Assembly (NCBI GenBank): GCA_964016885.1
Contig: OZ024743.1
Coordinates: forward strand, 106,330,001 to 106,394,000
Direction: 5' to 3'
DNA length: 64,000 nt
Origin: Eledone cirrhosa
Taxonomy: Eukaryota
In this document: one piece after another, positions 56,697 to 64,000 of the stretch
How the letters are laid out: each line of letters begins with the position of its first letter
Position numbering within the stretch: the first letter of the stretch is position 1
The notes under the pieces: model-generated
Told to the model about the DNA's origin: nothing
Seen by the model: only the letters and a program-made list of their open reading frames with translations
Database searches by the model: none
Translations under genes and position numbers: made by a program

Positions 56697-56897
56697 AATG
56701 TGAAGACTAAAGTCCAAAGAGGGCTCGATAAGGATAAATATATATAAGATATATAAGAACCCTAGAGCAAATATTTATGAAAATAACAAATGAACGTTTA
56801 AGCAAAGATTCGCCGCTAACACACTTCAGAAGATTCCATTAAGGATGAAAGCAGCGATTCTTTGATTAAACTTTAATCTGTTATTTTAATAAATATA
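56693..56897. mobile_element. Fold-back copy of the 1988-2180 family
   Basis: Inverted tail, then uuCAGAAGA uucc auuaa ggau GAAAgca…, then tail. Confidence 0.75.
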
Positions 56898-56911
56898 TAC
56901 ATATATATATA

Positions 56912-57640
56912 CGTGGGAAAGTAAGAAATCGGAGTATTGACCAATAAAACATGTTTATTTAAAACAGCACCTACGTACCTTTCGCCCAGTTGGGCTTCTC
57001 AGTGGCATAAACAACCAAAAGTGTTCCTTACATTGCTCGGAAAGCGTTTTGGGGGTTAAATTCACGTCGAGGTTCTTTGCTCGCAAAAATAGCTTGTTTT
57101 GGTTTTGCAGCAGGTCAAAGGAGGAATCTCTGGACGGTGTTAGGGCAGTCTTTCGCGGACAAATTTTTATCTGCTACAAAATGAGGTTACAACCTTACCA
57201 TTGACGATAAGCAAAGGGTCATGTAACCAACGCATATTTTGAGACGCTTGTTAGCCGCATCTGTTTGTCTGAGTCGTTTGAGGCTGGGTCTGGTATCCAA
57301 GGTTAGTTTCCTGGGTGTTATTTAGCACCGCCTGCCGCCGGGTGTTAAGACTTGTTGCAGGGAGATCCGGTGCACGGTTTCACTCCTCATCCTTAACCCA
57401 TCTGAAGAAGGATATTTTTAAGCGATGTGTTATTCTGATCGCTGTTCATGAGCTCGTAGGGTGCAGTTATGATGTGGTAGAGCTCCATAAGGCACATGTC
57501 GCATTTCCTCTTGAAGTTGTACGGTGCAGCCCTGCCGACAATATCCCAGTGCGTGGAGAAGCTGATGTTTATGTCACTAAACGTTTTTGTTTTAAAATTA
57601 AGGTCTGGAGCGGTCAAGGGGCACACAATTATTTGCCTTT
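56912..57640 (-). mobile_element. PLE 3' fragment (EN C-terminus plus pLTR with HHR-like motif at 56966-57006)
   Basis: CPL…HWDIVGRAAPY…KCDMCLMELYHI; gcca-CUGAGAA-gccca ac ugggc-GAAA-g guac-GUA-ggugc. Confidence 0.7.
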
Positions 57641-58397
57641 AAATCTGCTTAGACACATATATACTAATACGTGGTGACACACACCCGCATGCATAAATGT
57701 GATTGCATATTTGCGCACCCAAATAAGCAATCACGCAGGTATAGAGTCCTGTGAACACATGCGTGCATATAGACGATTTCTCCTGGATGGCTAATATGCT
57801 CATAAGCGGGTCGATGTGTGCAAATTCCTTCTTATACATGCATACATACATAGATACATACATATATATATATATATTTTTAATATCTAATTGAGTTCTT
57901 CACGCATGGTGAAAATTATTGAAAGAATTAATTGACCCACGTGCATATTATTTTATTATTTTAGGTTTTGCGATGACCTCCCCTTTCCGCTTGATGGCAG
58001 TGTGAGATTTGTCATTGTGAGACTGCTGGAATTTCAAATTTGGCGGTCATGCTGGCACTGACGGGTACCATCGCTGAACATTAATATCGGTAAGGTTTTT
58101 TTTATATCGATATTTGTCGGGCATCCACTGATGATTTATAAGTACCCACCTACATATATTCCTACGGACTATGTGTAGGCTTCTATATAACCAGGACATT
58201 ATTTTCCCAATTTGTAGAAAACTTATGTATTTTAATTATGTCTCATATAAAATAATACGACTGACTATCCGCAAAATACGTATAGTTAGCACCCCAAACG
58301 TATAATTGGGATTATACTAAGGTATATCGTAATGTTTGTTGAGTGAGACGGAAGCCGGTCGGAGAATTGCTTAAAGCTTTCTCTGTTAATATATTAA

Positions 58398-58491
<94 letters not shown>

Positions 58492-58496
58492 ATATA

Positions 58497-59826
58497 TACT
58501 AGACGAATTACCCGCGCCTGGCTGCGTTTCACACATTTTCTTTTCGTAAGGAAATGATGATTGATTTTAAATCAGTGATATAATTCATGGAGAAAAACTC
58601 TGCATTTCAATATTACTCAATGTAAAATGTAATGCATGAAACATTGGAAAACATTATTTTTGTAATATCTCAAATCAAAATTACATTATTAAATCTTATT
58701 CTTATTTTGTTTCTTGTAAATATTTTTTTTCAAAATATCAATTCAAAACTTTTGTGACTAGGCATCATATCGTGTTATTTATCTATGGTTTAAATTTCAT
58801 ATAAATCGAAGGGGAAACATGTTCAGTGGGGGTTTGTGCCTCCGGGGAACCCTAATAGGGCTTTAACACTCAATAGGGTGCCTTAATATTATTAAAATTT
58901 GCTGAAATTGTGTGAATAGGCATCATATCATATCATTTACCTATGGTTTAAATTTCCTATAAATCGAAGGGAAAACATTTACAGCGGGGGTTTGTGTCCC
59001 AGGGAATCAGTTGATTAAAATGAAATATACTTATCCAAGTACCCTGGGCAATGTAGTTTCAGAATATATATGGTTATGGGGTCTATCTCCCAAACAATTT
59101 CAAAATGAAAAGAAACGCGATGTCCTACACCAGTGAAAGAATAAGGGAAAATCATGAAATTCAAAATGCAACAGGAGTCTTTTTAAGAATATTTATTTGT
59201 TTTCTTTACCGGTTTCACAGTTTTTATGCTTTTCAAAAGTATAATTGAGATGGAGGGTTTGGATTTTTCTCGCATCTGGTTGTTGTTCGAATGTGACTTG
59301 TGTTTTATGTGGAAAAAATTGGCTCGAAATGCTAGGTTTTTAGAAAAGTAATTTGGTTGGTTGATGACAGTCACGTGAATAAGTATAATAAATTTCGCAC
59401 CAGTTCGCGTTAGAGTTCTTATTGTATTGGCCTTTTAAAAAAGGAGGGGGGTCTCAGATTTGTTTTTTCATATATGAGTGAAATTTGGTTGGTTGATGCA
59501 GTCACCTGAATAAGCACATCAACTTTCGCTCCAGTTCGTGTTCGAGGGTTCTTTTCACTTCAAAAAGTGGCTAAAAAAAGTTGTTTTTTTATAAATATGA
59601 TTTGATGTTTTTTTATAAATGTGATTTGATTGGTTATGACTGTCACGTGAATATTTCGCGTCAATTCGTATTTGGGGGTTCTTTGTAGCCATTTAGAGCG
59701 TTTAGTGTCAAACAAAAGATAATGGTCCAGAAAAAAGGGATGGGAAAAATTGTTCTGGTTCAGCGAGTATGGCTGGTGTGCTGAGGTGTCAACATTAAGA
59801 ATTTCTGTTGGAATAAAGAAAATAGA
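58497..59826 (+). mobile_element. Putative non-autonomous Helitron/Helentron-like element with internal tandem repeats
   Basis: Starts tactagacgaattacccgcgc… Direct repeats at 58753-58850 and 58910-59008, plus three gtcac(g/c)tgaata units at 59350-59690. Confidence 0.4.
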
Positions 59827-60238
59827 TATATATATATAGGTGTGTGTGTGTGTGTGTGTGTGAATGAAAATGATTCTATTAGCAGAAATTGGGGAGTGAG
59901 TTATGCGTGTGCATATGGGTGTTATATGTGTGTGCGTATGTGTGTGTGGGACTATGGTTAGCATGTTAAGATGGAGAGAATATACACTTGTGTATGTGTG
60001 TATGTAGGAAAATGATTCCATTAGTAGCAATGTGGGAGGGTGTTATGTGTGTGTGCGTATGGGTGATATATGTGTGTGTATGTGTGTGCGTGTGTGTGTG
60101 TGGGGGGTATGGTTAGCATGTTAAGGTGTTAGAGTATTAACGTATGATAATGTCTATTTAGCTCTGGTTTTTATTTTCGAACATAGAACAGGATGTTATG
60201 TGTGTGTGTGTATGTATGTGCCTGTTTGGATGGTTATG

Positions 60239-60311
<73 letters not shown>

Positions 60312-60384
60312 CTGACGGTAGCTAAGGTGCTTCCAGAGGCGGTATGCCGGTTGAACACTCTATGCTCTTACAGAGCAGAGTATG

Positions 60385-61296
60385 ATATAATATAAAACGA
60401 AAAATTAGTGATGCACCTGAACTCAATTTATTGTGTCTTACAATTGTTTCGCCGGCGAACAGCTCGAGACACGATCATTGTGTGAATCTGTCTGATTCGG
60501 GATCTGCAGGTTCGACAGACACGTCTAATGATTTCGGAGCAAATTCCTTCACCGGGGTGTTAGCGTCAAAAACATCCTCTTCGTCCTGTTATTGGCTGCT
60601 GCTTTTCTACGTCATCGTAAATCTGACCAACAGGTGTGAATTCCACTGACCATCAGCTTTTCTTTCTGCCACACTTCGATGAATTACTACTGGGTTTGGT
60701 ATTTTACGCGTCCACGCGCTCACTCACATACACATACACACACACACACACATGTACCCCCCCCCCCCTCACACACAAACACATACACACACACACACAC
60801 ACAATCAAATAGATAACAACATCCGTAAGCATAGACTCCCGCTATACACACACTTAAGCAGAACAAATAAAAAAGACCATAGACATACGTATACTCAGAC
60901 GCCTGCCTTCATGCCCATATACAGGCGCAGATACAGGCTCGCTCACAAACACACACACACACAAACACGTATATATATATATATACACGCACACACACAC
61001 ACATATATATACATACACACACATATATACACATACATATATATACTCTATATATACACACAAATAGCATATATACACAAAGTCATATAAAGATACACAA
61101 TGGGTCATAGAATGGGTCATATATGAAATGATGTATCTTGTTATAAGTATGCACATATATACTATTCATATATGTGCATGCTTATAACAAGATGCATCAT
61201 TTCACGTATGACCCATTCTATGCCCCATTGTGTATCTTTATATGACTTTGTGTATATATCCTATTTGTGTGTATATATAGAGTATATATATATATA

Positions 61297-61347
<51 letters not shown>

Positions 61348-61542
61348 CTTTTTAGGCGTGCGTGGGCCTGTATGTGAATATGCACATATTTGTAAGAGCT
61401 TATATGAGCCAGTGTGTGTCTGTGTGTATATACAAGCACCCAATGTAGCGAAGGGGCTTGTTTTTGTGTGTGTATATATATAGGTATGTGTATATATGTG
61501 TGTGTATGTATATATATATAAATGTGTGTGTGTATGTGTGTG

Positions 61543-61603
<61 letters not shown>

Positions 61604-61817
61604 TTGCGAGCGAGTCTGTATATGTGGCTGTATATGGGCATGTAGGCAGGCGTCTGTGTATGCATATGTCTATGTTTTTTTCAGATTCAGAATCAGACAG
61701 ATTCAGAATCAGACAGATCCACACAATGATCGTGTCTCGAGCTGTTCGCCGGCGAAACAAGTGTAACACAATAAATTGAGTTCAGATGCATCACTGATTT
61801 GTCGTTTTATATTATAT
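60385..61817. mobile_element. 1.4-kb imperfect palindrome centred near 61163
   Basis: Three nested arm pairs: 60385-60498/61706-61817, 60880-60950/61598-61675 and 61045-61160/61168-61285. Confidence 0.85.
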
Positions 61818-61843
61818 GCATATATATACATATATAGAAGCTT

Positions 61844-61904
<61 letters not shown>

Positions 61905-62410
61905 AATCATTTTTAATTCAACACGAATGAAATACGATGATACTAGTTTAATTATTTATGTGCTTCTAAATATTAAAATATTAATGTCATGTCTAGCTTA
62001 TATATTCCTTAAACATATTCTGATACTTAGTGCAGAATGTTCTACCTCATACTCGATATAGCATTACTTATTAAAAATTACAAATCTCACTTGAAAGCAT
62101 TTCCATATCCTATACTGCTATAACATCTGTTTAGAATGAAATGTTTTCGGGATCGAAATGAGACTTAGGTTCTCAATTACCTCTGTATAAAGAGGGGCCG
62201 ATCGTTGAGGAAATAACATCTTACGTCCGGCCGGCCCTTTTATTTGGAGAAAAGTAAATCTTTTAAAATTTAAATGTTCATATAATATTTCATTGTTTTA
62301 TAAGTTTAGCCTCTGAAGAGCTTAGGCTGATAGTCCTCGGGGAAATTTAGGATTTCAATAAACCAAAACCAAATTAATATCGCCTCAGATTTTTATCAAC
62401 ACACACACAC

Positions 62411-62483
<73 letters not shown>

Positions 62484-62486
<3 letters not shown>

Positions 62487-63140
62487 GAAATGAACGAACA
62501 AAACGCAGGAAGCAATTATACACAGTTATATTAGCTTCACGCTTGGTGGAAGTGGAGGAGGTCTCAACTTTTCGGAATTAAGTCCTTCATCAGGAAAGTT
62601 TGGATAGAGGAAAAACAGGAACACCGAGAGGGAGGAAGGAGTGGTGTAAGGAGGGATGTTACAAAGTAAATAATACAATATGAAGGAAAAAAAAAAATGA
62701 ATGTAAAAAATGAAAATAAAAGGGGTGGTGGTGGAATAACAAAGGTGTTGTAGTGAGAGCGTGGGTGTAGGTGGAGAATGGGGAGAGTATGTATGGGGGA
62801 CACAATATTAAGAGTCTAGGTGAAGGATGGCGGAAGGTAAGGTGTATGTGTATGTGTAGATGTGAGTGTATGTGTGTGTGGATGTAATTATGTGTGTCTG
62901 AAAGGAAGCGAGTGTATGTGAACGTTTGTTCTGAAAAGTCATTGTGAGTCTGTGGGAGTGGTGTATATATCTGTGCGTGTATATGTTTCTGTATGCGTGT
63001 TGGTGTGTATGTGTGTGTGTGTGGATGGAAGGCTCCGTATAGAATGAGAACGTATTGAATCCAGAGGCGGTGAAGGGTGAAGTGTGAGTATGTGTAGATG
63101 TGCGTGTATGTGTGTGTGGATGTAAGTATGTGTAATTGAA
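62484..63140 (-). mobile_element. PLE 3' UTR/pLTR fragment related to the 12705-14490 type
   Basis: CUGAUGA-aggacu uaa uucc-GAAA at 62570-62592 (-); tail similar to 12710-12765. Confidence 0.6.
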
Positions 63141-64000
63141 AATAACTGAATGTGTGCGGGAGCGTAAGTTAGATAGCGAGTACAGACTCGTCCGTGATAT
63201 GTATATGGGTTTTGTAGGCTAGTGTAAGGTGCATAGTTTCGAGAGAGAGAGAGACTGCGTGTTGGAGTTTATATACACAATCTGAATTTGTTGACATAAT
63301 AAATAACGTAGTTATATTAAATGTATTAATATATAACGACCTTTAGTGATAATACACTACAGCTCATGGATCATATAAACAGCAACGTGTACTGAGCAAT
63401 AGTCAGACGCCTAAAACCGCTGCAACAACCATGATTAAATTATTCTATTCTTTCAAGGCCACCAAAAACATAAAGATAATTATAGAGATATGCGGCGTTG
63501 TTTTCATCCAGATGATTTCTGATGAATCTATTTTCAGATGTTCCTATTACGGTAAATCGTTTATGCATGAATTACGCGAGAAAAAAAAAACTGACTGACC
63601 ATATGTGTTCATGCAAACTTGAAATACCAATTTATTTAATAGTGTGATGTATTTTCTTCCTGCAAGTTTCATTTTTTTTTTTTTTTTTCATTCCTCCATA
63701 AAAATTCTGTTAATATAACATTTTTATGCTCGAAAAATGTATGCATGCATACATCCTATAGTAAATAGAGAATTACTCAATCGAAAGGTAATCAAAATAT
63801 ATCTATTTTTGTAAATAAGAAATGCAATGCTTACTAGTAATCTATACGCCACAAGAAGGCCTTTAATTTTGTCATAATCCTATTGAGCAATCTCCTCTTT
63901 ATCAAAGGATATATGCTGGCAAAACTCTTTCCAGCATAAACATTTAATATTAATTGAATTTTTGAGGTGAAATGAATAAAAAAAGAAACTAGCAGAAATG

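Noticed and set aside
62305-62356. CUGAAGA…GAAAU motif
   Set aside because: No convincing stem I or stem III pairing.

Overview
Gene-free, AT-rich eukaryotic DNA full of (TA)n/(CA)n microsatellites. The tRNA-like SINE family and repeat content suggest an octopus/cephalopod genome (inference). Most ORF-track entries are microsatellite artefacts (YI/CV/HT repeats), and I can support no host gene. The real coding signal is from decayed retroelements: about ten Penelope-like element (PLE) copies or fragments (RT and/or GIY-YIG; Hydra-like, Naiad-like and Neptune-like types), RTE-type, R4/Dong-type and Tx1-like LINEs, and SINEs. The striking feature is a dense set of fold-back (inverted-repeat) elements from 0.2 to 3 kb, mostly inserted in (TA)n tracts. 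Many carry a type I hammerhead ribozyme (HHR) motif in their arms. At least ten unrelated HHR or HHR-like families are present, some canonical and some with recurrent core variants (U3-A8, C3/A8, A3, A4, GCAA for GAAA, CUGA-deleted). Several are ORF-less mini-hairpins with one ribozyme per strand. All folds and alignments were done by eye, and coordinates may be off by a few bases.
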